The notes under the pieces were generated by a model. The model made no database searches. It saw only the letters and a program-made list of their open reading frames with translations, and had not been told where the DNA came from. Made by a program: the position numbers and the translations under genes. This document shows, one piece after another, positions 36,891 to 49,180 of a DNA stretch of 64,000 bases (its first letter is position 1; every line of letters starts with the position of its first letter). The stretch is from Octopus sinensis (taxonomy: Eukaryota), in NCBI RefSeq assembly GCF_006345805.1, contig NC_043001.1, forward strand, positions 64,232,001 through 64,296,000, in the 5' to 3' direction.

Positions 36891-39800
36891 GAGGACGTGT
36901 TTTTTTGAGCCCGTGAGTAGTTGTTTTGTTTGGTTTGATTTGTGAAAATACTTTGTTAATTGCCGTTGTTTGAACTTTGGTTGTCTGTTTTTGTGACAGA
37001 CAAAACAAAAACTGTTGTTCCCCTCCGTAAGGAGGGGAAAAGAATTACATTTGTACACACACAAAAAAATATTTCTGTTTGAAAAAAAAATGAATAGTGA
37101 AGACTTGTCGTCTTCCAGTTTAACTATTGAAGATTTGTCTTCTTCTAGTCCAAAAAATGTAACCATTGAAGATTTGTCTTCGAAAATAATGAATGTTAAT
37201 AAAAGCACAGACTCAGAAAAAAAGGATACCCAAAACGTAAACCAAAAAACGTACAACTTCGCAGCTGCGGCCGGACTTAAAAGAGAAGTCATACGCATTG
37301 ATAACAATGAATTTACGAAACACAAAGATATGTATACCAGGGAGGGGATTATGCAAGGGCCACCCTCCCAAATGAAATTATTAAGAAAACACAACAGAGA
37401 ATAATAATGTACAAATCATTTATGATAAAAGAAAATAAATAGAAGAAGCAACGGGCGAACAAGTTGAGAGGTGCCTGCAGCCAAATTGGCAGGACATCGA
37501 ATACATTACAAGAGGAAAAAAATATGCAACCACAGCAGTTTACTTCAAAGAAGAAAAAGCAAAACAACATTCATTGCAACCAATAAAGACAAACAAAATT
37601 ATTTTGCTGCCGTCATATCTAGGAAGACGGACCGCCAAAATAAAAATAGAAGAAATACCACCAGAAATAGAAGTGACATGATTGCTTCCAGCCCTATTAG
37701 TGGGACTGGAGAATAAAATAACCGTTATAGAAGTGGCAAAAATACAAAAACAAAACTGGCAGGGCTAGGGTCTAGAAGTGACTATTCAGGCGGCCCCGGG
37801 AACCCTAAAGGAAATAGTCGAAAATATCCACTTCAGCAAGGATATCATATTGTGAGTGGTGGTAGAGGGATGAAAACCCCATTGCTATGAGTGTGGTGAA
37901 AAAGGACACAGTCGAGCAGACTGCCCCACCCGCAAGAAGGAAGAAGAAAAAAGGAGAAAAGAAGCAGAAGAAAATAAACAGAAAAAAAACAACAGGACTC
38001 CAGCACTAAGCAAGCCGAAGAAGAAACAGACTTTGTCCCGGTAAGACAAAAGAAAATGCCAAAAAGGCGGAACAACGACTTAACCCCACCAACCCCCAGC
38101 ACAAACAAGAAAAAAAACACCACAGCAAACACACAGAAAAAACCCACCCCACCCCACTACAGCTCCCCACAGAAGTCAAAAATGTAAATTTCCCCCCGTC
38201 CAATTCCGGATACCCGACAGAACCCCATCCCCACCCCCGTAGTGTTGGAGAATTTCCTCCCAGACTCCACCCCCCGTCCACCCTACCCCCTCCCACAAGT
38301 CCGGGTGGGTTGTCTCCACCAAATAGTCCGAAAAAGGAGAAATGGCCTTAGAGATGGTTTATATGGCCGTCAACAAGGAAAATGACCAGTTAATGAAAAG
38401 CATTGAAAGGATTCCAACAGTAGAACAATTTCCAACCCACCGAACATTGCCAAAACACATTGACATTTTTAGGTTAGACAGACTGAACTTTAATATTTTA
38501 CTAGCAAACTTTAATTCTGATGTATGTGGTCCAAAACTGGATTATAATGAATCCTTGTATGAGGGCCTATGTCGGGAAACCACCCCACAAACCCCGGAAA
38601 AAGGAAAGATGACCGAATAAGGTAAGTCATGTCTCGCATTCATGTAGGGTGTGTGGTCTGATGTCCAACTGGAAGCAAGGACGCTTCCTAAATGACATCA
38701 GGTCACAGGATTTAGATGTTGCCACAGAAACCCGGTTGAAGGGGCCAAGAGATCTGCTCCCGCTGTTTGCCGGTTACGAGAGTATCTTCTCTCCGAGCCG
38801 TCCTCCCAGCAGAAGTGGGGTGTTGGTCCTGTGGAAAAAGAACCGGGTTTCTGAGAAAAAGTTAATTTTTTCAGATCCAGAAGGTAGGCTGGTTGTCATT
38901 GACTTGACATTCAGCAGTTGTAAGATGATCAGACTGGTTGCGATTTACGCACCCCAATATTCAACGGGCCAAGGCGAATATTTTCAGAACCTGGAGAAGT
39001 TTCTTAGTACATCGCATCCTTTAGTTATACTAGGAGACTATAACAATTTACGATGCGTGTGTAGATTATGTTGGCTTGTGCTCTGATAAGAAAGGAAATG
39101 CTTGCTTCCTGGATCTACTAAGACGTTTTGAGCTGATTGATCCATATAGGCTGGAACATCCGAACGCTCCATTGTGGACATGGTCAAACAGCGACGGATC
39201 TTCGAGGTCGTATATAGATAGAATATTAATTAGAAAAATAGATACAAAAATAGCTAGGTGTCCACAGTTTCACATGGTCAGCTACAGTGATCACAAGATG
39301 GTCACCTGTAGGCTCGACATTGATAAGTTATATAGAGGCCCCGGCTACTGGAAACTTAATACATCCCTTTTGGCGATTAAGGAATACAGAGACCGGATTA
39401 AGTTGTTGATTCAGAGGGCATTAACCGGATCCATTATTAACAATAAATGGTGGTATGCCCTCAAGCAAGCCATTAAATATGCGTCTATTAGATATAGCAC
39501 AGGTTTAGTGGCTAGAGAGACTAGAAGGGAATCAGCACTAGTTAAGGACTTAGAGGAAGCAATGCGAACTGGCACTGCGGCTCAGGTGACGGCCAAGAGA
39601 CTAGTTTTAAACCAACACCTCAAAGCCAAGCACATGGGTTGCATCATCAGGGCTAGACAATGTGCAATGGAGAGCGAAGGAATTAATGCCGTGGGATGGG
39701 CCCGAGTGGTGGAAGCCCAACGTGACAATGGTGCCACAATTCGATCTTTGACGAACCAACAAGGTAAGTTGATAGACAAGCCTGAGGATACGTGTGAAGC

Positions 39801-42028
39801 CTTTCAGGACCACTTCGCCCAGCTTTGGGGGGAGCGGCAGACCAGATAGGAGGAGGGACCTAACGGACTTTCTCGACGGGCTGCCGCGCCTCTCGGGGCA
39901 GGATGTGAGGTGTAGTGAGGAGCCGATCACGCCTGGGGAGGTAATAGAGGCCATGGCTGACTGCGGCGCGAGTAAGGCGCCAGGACTGGATGGTCTACAC
40001 TACAAGCTATATAAAAGTATGCCGGACTTGTTTGGGGACCTGCTGGCGGGCATCTATGCGAACTGGCATCAGAATGGGTTTATTCCCAGATCTGTGCGCC
40101 GGGGAGTGGTGACACTAGTCACAAAGGACCCGGACAAGGAGGACGTCATCGATAATTTTAGGCCCATCACTCAGCTGAACGCAGAGCTGAAGATTTTGGC
40201 TAAAGTGTTATTAAAAAGATTGGCACATGTCGCGGATGGACTAATCGGGGAGGCACAGATATGTGCCATACCTGGCAGATCCATCCAGGATAATCTCCGT
40301 CTGATACGATTCACTATAGAGGGAATTAATAACGATTCCGGCAAGGGAGGGGCAGTGGTCCATTAAGACCAATCGAAAGCTTTTTGATAGGGTCGACCAT
40401 CATTACCTGGTGTCCGTTCTGGCACAGTTTGGCCCAGGTCTTGGCTTCCTCAGGTGGATCATTCAAATGTATGAAAACGTTGACTCGGTAGTTCGGGTGA
40501 ACGGCTTTCTGTCTAAGCCATTCAGCATCAAATGCTCGGTTCGTCAAGGGTGTCTGCTCTCCCCGCTTTTGTATGTAGTGGCTCTTGAGCCATTGCTGTA
40601 AAAACTGAGTGGCATCCCAAGACAACCAGGTCATGGAATGTCGGTTTCAGCTTACGCGGATGACATGATAGTGTTATCATCGTGACCGAAGTGGCCCTCC
40701 TACGTAAGGTAAACAAGGCCATTGAGGCTTAGGAGACGGTGGCAGGAGCAAAAGTTAATCGTGAAAAGTCAGTCGGCTTGCAACTCGGCACCTGGAGAGG
40801 CAAGTTGACGCCTCCAGACAGCGTCGTGGGCCATTGGATGGAGGGTTTGATTAAGCTGCTTGGAGTTTGGTTTGGACCAGATCTCCAAATAGAGAGGAAC
40901 TGGGCCGAGGTATCGAGCAAGGTGACCCACACAGTCAAGACCTGGTCTTGGCGGTGGTTATCCCTGAAAGGGAGGGCGGAGGTGGCCAATGTGTTTATTC
41001 CTTGTCCTGATTCGTGGTTAACCAAGCTGGAAAGACAGCTCTTCCGCTTTCTGTGGAGGAGCTCGAAATCGCTTGTGAAACGCTCTGTTTGCTGTGAACA
41101 ACCGTTAAAGGGTGGAGTAGGGATGCCATGGCTAATGATGCGCAAATATGCGCTGAGGTTGAGGCATCTGTGGCTCTACCTGGATGGTGAACGGGTGTGG
41201 TCTCCAATGGCGAAACGGATATTTCCCAGGTTCACTAGTTTAGGTGGATGGGAAACCTGGTTTTATCGTAGATCGAAGTTGGGTACATGGTTTACGGAGT
41301 GTCGCAAGGCACTCCTGCTCTTCCGTCGCTTGGGCAAGGCCTGCGGCAGTGGTTCCACCGCTGTTTTCTATAGTGGGTTTGTAGAGGCGGGATGCGATGA
41401 TACACTGGGGGAAACCCTAGGTTTCGACGATAATCAGCTAGCCAGACTGTTCTAATGTACATATCTATTTTAATATACGCTACCGGAGCTGGAATTACCG
41501 CGGCTGCTGGCACCAGACTTGCCCTCCGGTCGATCCTCGTTAACGGATTTGAAGTGTACTCATTTCTTAACGAAAGAAGGTAAGAATTGTTTTTTCTCTG
41601 TAGTAGCAACTGCGAAACAGGTAGTATGGAAGACAAGGATGAGAGGGTTGATGTCAGGCAACTTCATCTCTGGTCCTGGTCTGGAGAATTTCTTCATATT
41701 CCACCTAAAAAGACAAATAGGGCTGGAGAGGAGATGCCTGAGTAAGAAAGTGTTTGATGAAAGATGGAAGAATGTTGCATATAAAAGGTCCCTCCTGGAT
41801 GCGAGATAAGCCCAAAACCTGAGGTTAGTGGTGAGGTGGGGTTTGTGGGGTCCGTAAAAACCTGCCCCCACTCCATTTGTAAAAACGTCCCTTGTGCATG
41901 TCCAGTCATTCGATAATTTATATAATTATGTAAAATTTTAATTGACACCAAATTGCTCTGTATCATCAAATCATTCGCGATTGTATTGTCATTTTCTACG
42001 TATCGCCTGTATAGGTAATAAAAAATCA
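36891..42028 (+). mobile_element. Full-length decayed Tx1/L1-like LINE (ORF1 with CCHC knuckle; ORF2 with APE and RT)
   Basis: CYECGEKGHSRADCP near 37885; VILGDYN, WTWSN..SRSYIDRI, SDHKMV, GYWKLN, KAPGLDGL, NFRPITQLN, SVRQGCLLSP, AYADDM, LSLKGRAEV; AATAAA just before 42029. Confidence 0.9.
41469..41564 (-). pseudogene. 96-nt fragment of 18S rRNA
   Basis: Reverse complement reads aatgagtacacttcaaatccgttaacgaggatcgaccggagggcaagtctggtgccagcagccgcggtaattccagctccggtagcgtatattaaa, containing the universal GTGCCAGCAGCCGCGGTAA SSU motif. Confidence 0.95.
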
Positions 42029-42049
42029 TAGAGCACAGGTTAAGCTATC

Positions 42050-43799
42050 ATTCAGACATATTTTTTTGAGCTCGTGTGGTGAAGACATTATGTCTTTTTT
42101 TTGTGAAAAAATGTGAAAAAGTTGTAATGAGAACTAATTGCGCAAGGCGCTTGCTGCTGCTTGCCATTCTTTTTTTCTCATTTTAGGTGAAAGAAAAGAC
42201 GTCATCCCTCTGTCGTGGATACCTATGCAAGGGTTGCTGCAAACAAGAAGTGTCGCGTCACTGGGTTTTAAAAAGAATGTTACAATTGATAAAGAAGAAA
42301 TACAGAGATGTGAACAGTACGTGAGAAGAGGGGGAGAAAGCATCAAGCTGATCCCTCCTGCAGAAACAACAGAGGATAAGAACCTTAAAACGATCATATA
42401 TAAAACTCAAGATATGAACACAAAGAAAATAGTATGGATATCAGAAGAAATCGAAAAGTGTCTCGGAGACGTAATGGAAAGAGCAACTTATGTTGACAGA
42501 GGGAAGAAGTTTTGTACGGTGGAGGTAAGGTTTGCCACAAGAGAAGAGGCGGCCTCGCTATCCACTGCTTCTTAAGAACAGAAAGGTTTACAATGTTACC
42601 CACTTATAAAGGAAGAAGAAGTATCAAGGTTAAAATTCCGAGTATACCACAGGAAATAAAAACAGAATGGCTGGTGGCAGCAATTCTAGGGTCTACAAAA
42701 GATGAACCCGAACTGGGTCCAGTTACTGAAACCAATACGGTGAACTGGCGGGGATTCAGAGTCGAAACGTGGCTTACAGCCGCAACAAAAGACATAGAAA
42801 GAATCCCCTTCCAGATCGAAGTTGAAAATGAACCGACGATAAACATTATTGTCGAGGGAAGGAGACCCAATTGTTATGTGTGCGGAACAAGAGGACATAT
42901 AAGGACTGAGTGTCCATTATATGAATTTACGCAAAGTAAAGAGACAACAGAAAAGGAACAAAAAGAGCTAAAAAAAGAACAGAGACGGGAGAAAGTTCAA
43001 ACTGAAGAAAAAAAGTTAGGGAAAAACAGTACACTGAAAGGGAAAGAAAGCAAAAAGGACAAGAAGAAGAGAGAAATGAAAAAAACAAAGAAAGAGAGCA
43101 AAGGAGCTGCCAGTCCCAAAAGTAGAAAAAGTTTGAAGACGAGGGAAGACTCAGCGGAAAACAAAGGTAATGATACGTTTAAATTTTTGGAGCATTTGTA
43201 ATATATAAAAGTTCCTAAGAAATAGAGAAAAAAGGATCAAGAATGAAGGGAGTAACAAGAGTAAGGATGGGAACCAAGTATGACGAAAATGAGATTGGTG
43301 TTTTAGTCCATCCGGACAGTTACGCCATTTTCATCGAGGTTGCCAGAAAGAATATACTAGAAGAGGTGTCGGTTGATGGATCACTCATCTCCCGTAATGG
43401 ATTATGAGGATCTGAAAAGAAAAATAGACTATCTCTGAAATTATGGAAAGTGGAAAAAGTGCCGAAAAATTCTATGTTTGCGAAATTTATTTTTTTGAAA
43501 TTCCTGTGAAATTTATTTTTTTGTAAATTTTGTGAACTTCAATTGTAATTTTGTGAAATTGATATGAAATTTTGTATAATTCAGTTGTAATCTTTGAGAA
43601 AATCAATTAAGGGAAAAGACTGACAAAATGTAACCACTCCACTTCGGGGGTCGAGTGGGCATTGCGCCTCATTATAATATCATCATAATTCATTCTTTTT
43701 TTAATTTCTTCGGCTTTATTCATCCTCTTTTGTTATTTTATGTTCCCCAATTGTACCGTCCCCATCTATGTATAGTCCTTTATGGATAATAAATAAACC
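42050..43799 (+). mobile_element. ORF1-only (half-LINE-like) element, copy 1
   Basis: Frameshifted ORF1 (..VEVRFATREEA../..IVEGRRPNCYVCGTRGHIRTECP), no ORF2, 3' UTR with AATAAA. Confidence 0.8.
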
Positions 43800-43820
43800 T
43801 AGAGCACAGGTTAAGCTATC

Positions 43821-45570
43821 ATTCAGACATATTTTTTTGAGCTCGTGTGGTGAAGACATTATGTCTTTTTTTTGTGAAAAAATGTGAAAAAGTTGTAATG
43901 AGAACTAATTGCGCAAGGCGCTTGCTGCTGCTTGCCATTCTTTTTTTCTCATTTTAGGTGAAAGAAAAGACGTCATCCCTCTGTCGTGGATACCTATGCA
44001 AGGGTTGCTGCAAACAAGAAGTGTCGCGTCACTGGGTTTTAAAAAGAATGTTACAATTGATAAAGAAGAAATACAGAGATGTGAACAGTACGTGAGAAGA
44101 GGGGGAGAAAGCATCAAGCTGATCCCTCCTGCAGAAACAACAGAGGATAAGAACCTTAAAACGATCATATATAAAACTCAAGATATGAACACAAAGAAAA
44201 TAGTATGGATATCAGAAGAAATCGAAAAGTGTCTCGGAGACGTAATGGAAAGAGCAACTTATGTTGACAGAGGGAAGAAGTTTTGTACGGTGGAGGTAAG
44301 GTTTGCCACAAGAGAAGAGGCGGCCTCGCTATCCACTGCTTCTTAAGAACAGAAAGGTTTACAATGTTACCCACTTATAAAGGAAGAAGAAGTATCAAGG
44401 TTAAAATTCCGAGTATACCACAGGAAATAAAAACAGAATGGCTGGTGGCAGCAATTCTAGGGTCTACAAAAGATGAACCCGAACTGGGTCCAGTTACTGA
44501 AACCAATACGGTGAACTGGCGGGGATTCAGAGTCGAAACGTGGCTTACAGCCGCAACAAAAGACATAGAAAGAATCCCCTTCCAGATCGAAGTTGAAAAT
44601 GAACCGACGATAAACATTATTGTCGAGGGAAGGAGACCCAATTGTTATGTGTGCGGAACAAGAGGACATATAAGGACTGAGTGTCCATTATATGAATTTA
44701 CGCAAAGTAAAGAGACAACAGAAAAGGAACAAAAAGAGCTAAAAAAAGAACAGAGACGGGAGAAAGTTCAAACTGAAGAAAAAAAGTTAGGGAAAAACAG
44801 TACACTGAAAGGGAAAGAAAGCAAAAAGGACAAGAAGAAGAGAGAAATGAAAAAAACAAAGAAAGAGAGCAAAGGAGCTGCCAGTCCCAAAAGTAGAAAA
44901 AGTTTGAAGACGAGGGAAGACTCAGCGGAAAACAAAGGTAATGATACGTTTAAATTTTTGGAGCATTTGTAATATATAAAAGTTCCTAAGAAATAGAGAA
45001 AAAAGGATCAAGAATGAAGGGAGTAACAAGAGTAAGGATGGGAACCAAGTATGACGAAAATGAGATTGGTGTTTTAGTCCATCCGGACAGTTACGCCATT
45101 TTCATCGAGGTTGCCAGAAAGAATATACTAGAAGAGGTGTCGGTTGATGGATCACTCATCTCCCGTAATGGATTATGAGGATCTGAAAAGAAAAATAGAC
45201 TATCTCTGAAATTATGGAAAGTGGAAAAAGTGCCGAAAAATTCTATGTTTGCGAAATTTATTTTTTTGAAATTCCTGTGAAATTTATTTTTTTGTAAATT
45301 TTGTGAACTTCAATTGTAATTTTGTGAAATTGATATGAAATTTTGTATAATTCAGTTGTAATCTTTGAGAAAATCAATTAAGGGAAAAGACTGACAAAAT
45401 GTAACCACTCCACTTCGGGGGTCGAGTGGGCATTGCGCCTCATTATAATATCATCATAATTCATTCTTTTTTTAATTTCTTCGGCTTTATTCATCCTCTT
45501 TTGTTATTTTATGTTCCCCAATTGTACCGTCCCCATCTATGTATAGTCCTTTATGGATAATAAATAAACC
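43821..45570 (+). mobile_element. ORF1-only element, copy 2, apparently identical (period 1771 bp)
   Basis: Identical ORF translations offset by 1771; 21-bp TAGAGCACAGGTTAAGCTATC at 42029, 43800 and 45571. Confidence 0.85.
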
Positions 45571-46080
45571 TAGAGCACAGGTTAAGCTATCTTTTCGTGG
45601 AAGAAGGTTTATGTTCCTATAACCTGTGTTAATTCTGTAACCCTTTAAAATGGAAGATAAGAAAGTTCATTTTCGGCACTTATTGCTTTGGGAACCAGAC
45701 AAAAATTGCTGCAGCTCAGCTGGGATGTGTTACCCCATCCTCCATATTCACCAGATATTGCTCCTTCGGATTTCCACTTATTCTGCAGAATAGTCTTAAT
45801 GGTAAAAATTTCAATTCCTTGGATGACGTAAAAAGAAACCACCTCAATTCTGGGAAGAGGGTATTTTCAAGTTAGAGGAAAGATGGAGATGCATTGTGCA
45901 ACAAAATGGTTCATATTTGGTTGATTAAAAATGTAACAGGAAGTATTTATTGACCTTTTTCTTTCCTTTAAAAATCGGCACGAACTTTCCGGACAACCCA
46001 ATATATTGAGCTGTCTGACCTCATCTCGAGGCCCTGTTCTTTCCTCTTGATTCTTCCCTTCCTTTATTTTATATATTTGT

Positions 46081-46200
46081 ATTCACTCCGATGAAGCTTC
46101 ATGTACTCGATCGAATGTGCTATGAAGATGACGAACATTATTTTCGGAATTTTCTTTGTAAGCACCGACTGACATTGCCAGCCGAAACGGCTGTAAGAAA
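46081..46200 (+). ncRNA. Degenerate hammerhead-like motif
   Basis: CCGAUGA 46088-46094, GCU/AGC stem II, GAAA 46184-46187, ACGGCUGU, GUA; stem I weak. Confidence 0.5.
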
Positions 46201-46214
46201 TGTTATGTTATGTT

Positions 46215-46390
46215 TGCCAGTTCTATATTTGAGAGATGAGGAATTATGTACATTATCTACCTTATTTACATTTGATGGATATTCGTCCACATCCTGTTTA
46301 ATGTTAACACGTTTCAGCTGATATACTCTCCAGCCTTCTTCAGGTATCCAGAGGAAATTTCGAACCTGGGTTCTCATTCCTAAGGTATTT
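46215..46390 (-). mobile_element. 3' part of a SINE with a hammerhead-like domain
   Basis: Homologous to 49500-49625; CUGAAGA..GAAAC at 46303-46349. Confidence 0.7.
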
Positions 46391-46394
46391 TCAC

Positions 46395-48100
46395 TGTTGT
46401 TGTTGTTGTTCAGTAGACTAAGCAACTGGAAGGCACCTGGGCACAACAAGATCCCCAACTTCTGGTTGAAATATCTGACAGGAATGCACAAAGAGCTGAC
46501 TGAAAACTTTAATGCCATACTGGCAGAGCCAGAGACAATGCCTGAATGGCTCACAAAAGGGAAAACCATTTTAATTCCCAAATCCAATGAAACGGCAAAA
46601 CCACAAAACTACAGACCTATAACCAGTCTCCCTACAATGTACAGAGCCTTTACTGCAGGAATATCGCAAAGATTGAACAAGCATCTGGAAGAAAACAAGC
46701 TGTTTCCAGAAGGGCAGAAGGGATGTTGCAAGGACTCATATGACTGTAAAGATCAACTAATGATCAATAAATCCATAACTGAAGACAGCCGCAGAAAGAA
46801 GAAAGGCCTCAGTATGGCCTGGATTGACTACCGAAAGGCTTTTGATAACATTCCCCACACGTGGATCCTCAAAACACTAGCCATTAACAAGGTAGCAACA
46901 ATAATTATAAAATACATAAGACACTCTACGAATAAATGGTAGACAGTGCTACAGCTCCAAATAAAAGAGAGACTCGTGAAAACCAAAGCCATCCCCATTA
47001 GAAGAGGAATATTCCAGGGAGACACGCTCTCTCCACTCCTTTTCTACTTGGCACTGACACCTCTATCTGATATGCTAAATAGAACGGGATGTGGATACAA
47101 ATGTTACAGCAAAGCAATCAGCCACCTTTTATATATGGATGACCGAAAACTATACGCTACAAATGACAAACAGCTGGAAACACTACTACAGACAGTACAT
47201 GGATTTACCAAAGAAATAGATATGAAATTTGGATTAGAAAAATGCGCCAAAGCAACCCTGAAAATAGGAAAACTAGTTAAGAGTAGCAACATCACGCTAG
47301 ATAAAACCAATGAAATATGAGAATTAGACCAAAGCCAGACATACAAATATTTAGGAATCCATGAACTAGATATGATACAACACACACAAATGAAAGAGAA
47401 AATAAAGAAAGAATACTATAGACGAGTTAGATCAATACTAAAACAGCTCAATGCTAAAAGCGAGATAATAGGTATTAGCACTTTAGCTGTCCCAGTTATA
47501 AGTTACAGCTACAATATCCTTAACTGGACACTAAATGAACTAACCAAAATATGAAAACAAGAAAAATAATGACAGGATCTACGATGCACCATCCAAAATC
47601 TGACATAGAAAGGCTATATATACAACGTATAGAAGGTGGTAGAGGTCTTATACAGCTGGAAAACTATTATAAAATAACCACCATAGGACTGAAAAAAGAT
47701 CTACTTCAGAAGCAAGGAAAACTGATACAAATAGCGGCAAAACACGAGCAAAACAAAAAACTGTTCTCAGTATTTAAGGAAGCTGACAAATACAAACAAG
47801 AAATCACACTACCTAACAAATATGAAGAAGAAGAAGAAACAACAAAAGCTATAAAACAAATGAAATCCAAACTAAAACTAGAACAGCAACGGACCATGAT
47901 AAAACGATGGCAAGAAAAGCCCCGTCATGGCAAATACTGGACTAAACTAAATTCAAAAGAAATAGACAGAGAAAAATCCCAGCAATGGTTGAGAAGCTCT
48001 GGACTCAAAGCAGAGACGGAGGGATTTTTAATTGCAGCACAAGACTAAAGCATCCCCACCAGAAATTACCAAAAACATATAATGAAAAGAATTGATAAAA
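46395..48100 (+). pseudogene. R4/Dong-like (RLE-type) LINE RT block
   Basis: NWKAPG..IPNFWLK, NYRPITSLPTMY, QKGC, AWIDYRKAFDNIPH, RGIFQGDTLSPLLF, HLLYMDD, FGLEKCA, GGRGL, EGFLIAAQD. Confidence 0.85.
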
Positions 48101-48104
48101 AGCT

Positions 48105-49180
48105 TTTCTCTGTTTTTGTATTTTTTTTTATGTTATTTATCCACAGGGTTTGTTCGGGTGATGGTACTCCTGTTTGGATGGGTTTGAGGGAGTATCCAGC
48201 TTCTTTTGTGGCTGCTGCATATATTATGTCATTTAGTTCAGTGATATTGCCATTTGTTTCTGTGGCTATCAGTTCTGTGACGGACAGGTTTATGCTATTT
48301 ATTATTGATGTTGTTTTATTGTCTATTTTGACAATGGTCCATTCTGAGATCTGTGGTTTTCAGTTCTTTGATTATTCTCATTTTTATAGTATCATAATCA
48401 TTAGGTTCCCCATCATTGTTTCCAGGTTTTAGATTTGTTTCGCTTTCCTTCTCATTCATATGTTTGTCTGTGGTGTTCTGGTTTGGTGCTTTTAGTACAT
48501 TATTATACATCCCTACACTCTGGGTTTGTTGTTTTTTGTTTACTTCGTTTTTGTTGGAAATGTTACGTCTGTCTTCGTGTATTACTATCTCAGTGTTTAT
48601 ATTATTTGGCATTGTTTTGTGGCTTCTATCTACGTTTTCCTGGTGTATTTTTCCTTTCAAATGTTTTATTTCTATTTCTGATGTTCTTTTTGTGTTGAGA
48701 ATATATCTTCGTATGTTAGCTAGTTTATTAGGGTTCATTGCTGTATCTAAGTCTGTTTAGATTATTTTTCTTCCATATTTTATATGTATGTGTTGTGTTT
48801 TCTTTCTTTGGGTAGAGCACTGCTGTAAAGTAAGCGTGTAGGATTGAAATATATTCCTCACGTGTCCATTTATGCCTTTTTGGTTTTATTTGCGGGACAT
48901 GAGGAACAACGTCCGGCCCTTTAGTTTGATGGTCATCATTTTCGTAGGGTACCGGTCCATTCATTTCTGTTTTCAAATTGTTTTCCATGTGTAGTTTTTC
49001 GTACATTTTGTGTAACAAGTTTAATGTATGCACTTCCTGTTTGTTATTCTTGGGTTGAATAATACCGGTATTATTTAATTTATTTGTAATTTTTTTGTAC
49101 ATGGTTTTTGGGGCTGGAGATGCTCTGGTGTTGATGCATCATCATGTATCAAGCATGTTTACAGGTGCTGTGCGAGCAGT
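48105..49180 (-). pseudogene. N-terminal part of an R4/Dong-like ORF, opposite in orientation to the RT block
   Basis: KRHKWTREEYISILHAY, NKLANIRRYIL..EI, ELNDIIYAAA..LWINNI. Confidence 0.7.

Larger units (their letters stand above)
36784..46001 (+). mobile_element. Internally deleted mariner transposon, split by LINE insertions (arms 36784-36890 and 45571-46001)
   Basis: TIRs ttgggttgtcaggaagttcgtgacgattt and aaaatcggcacgaactttccggacaacccaa, each flanked by TA; transposase start MEDKKVHFRHLLLW at 45650 fused to WDVLPHPPYSPDIAPSDFHLF. Confidence 0.92.

Noticed and set aside
41469-41564. Functional rRNA gene or rDNA array
   Set aside because: Only 96 nt of 18S, embedded in a LINE, with no ITS, 5.8S or 28S
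42029-42090. snRNA or spliced-leader gene (Sm-like AUUUUUUUG)
   Set aside because: No snRNA similarity recognised; the T-run belongs to the 5' motif shared with the LINE at 36891
42029-45591. CRISPR-like or LTR interpretation of the 21-bp repeats
   Set aside because: Spacers are 1750 bp and identical, there are no cas genes, and TSD logic explains the repeats
46395-49180. Twin-priming 5' inversion as the cause of the Dong rearrangement
   Set aside because: The blocks converge and the 3' end is missing, which is not the twin-priming geometry
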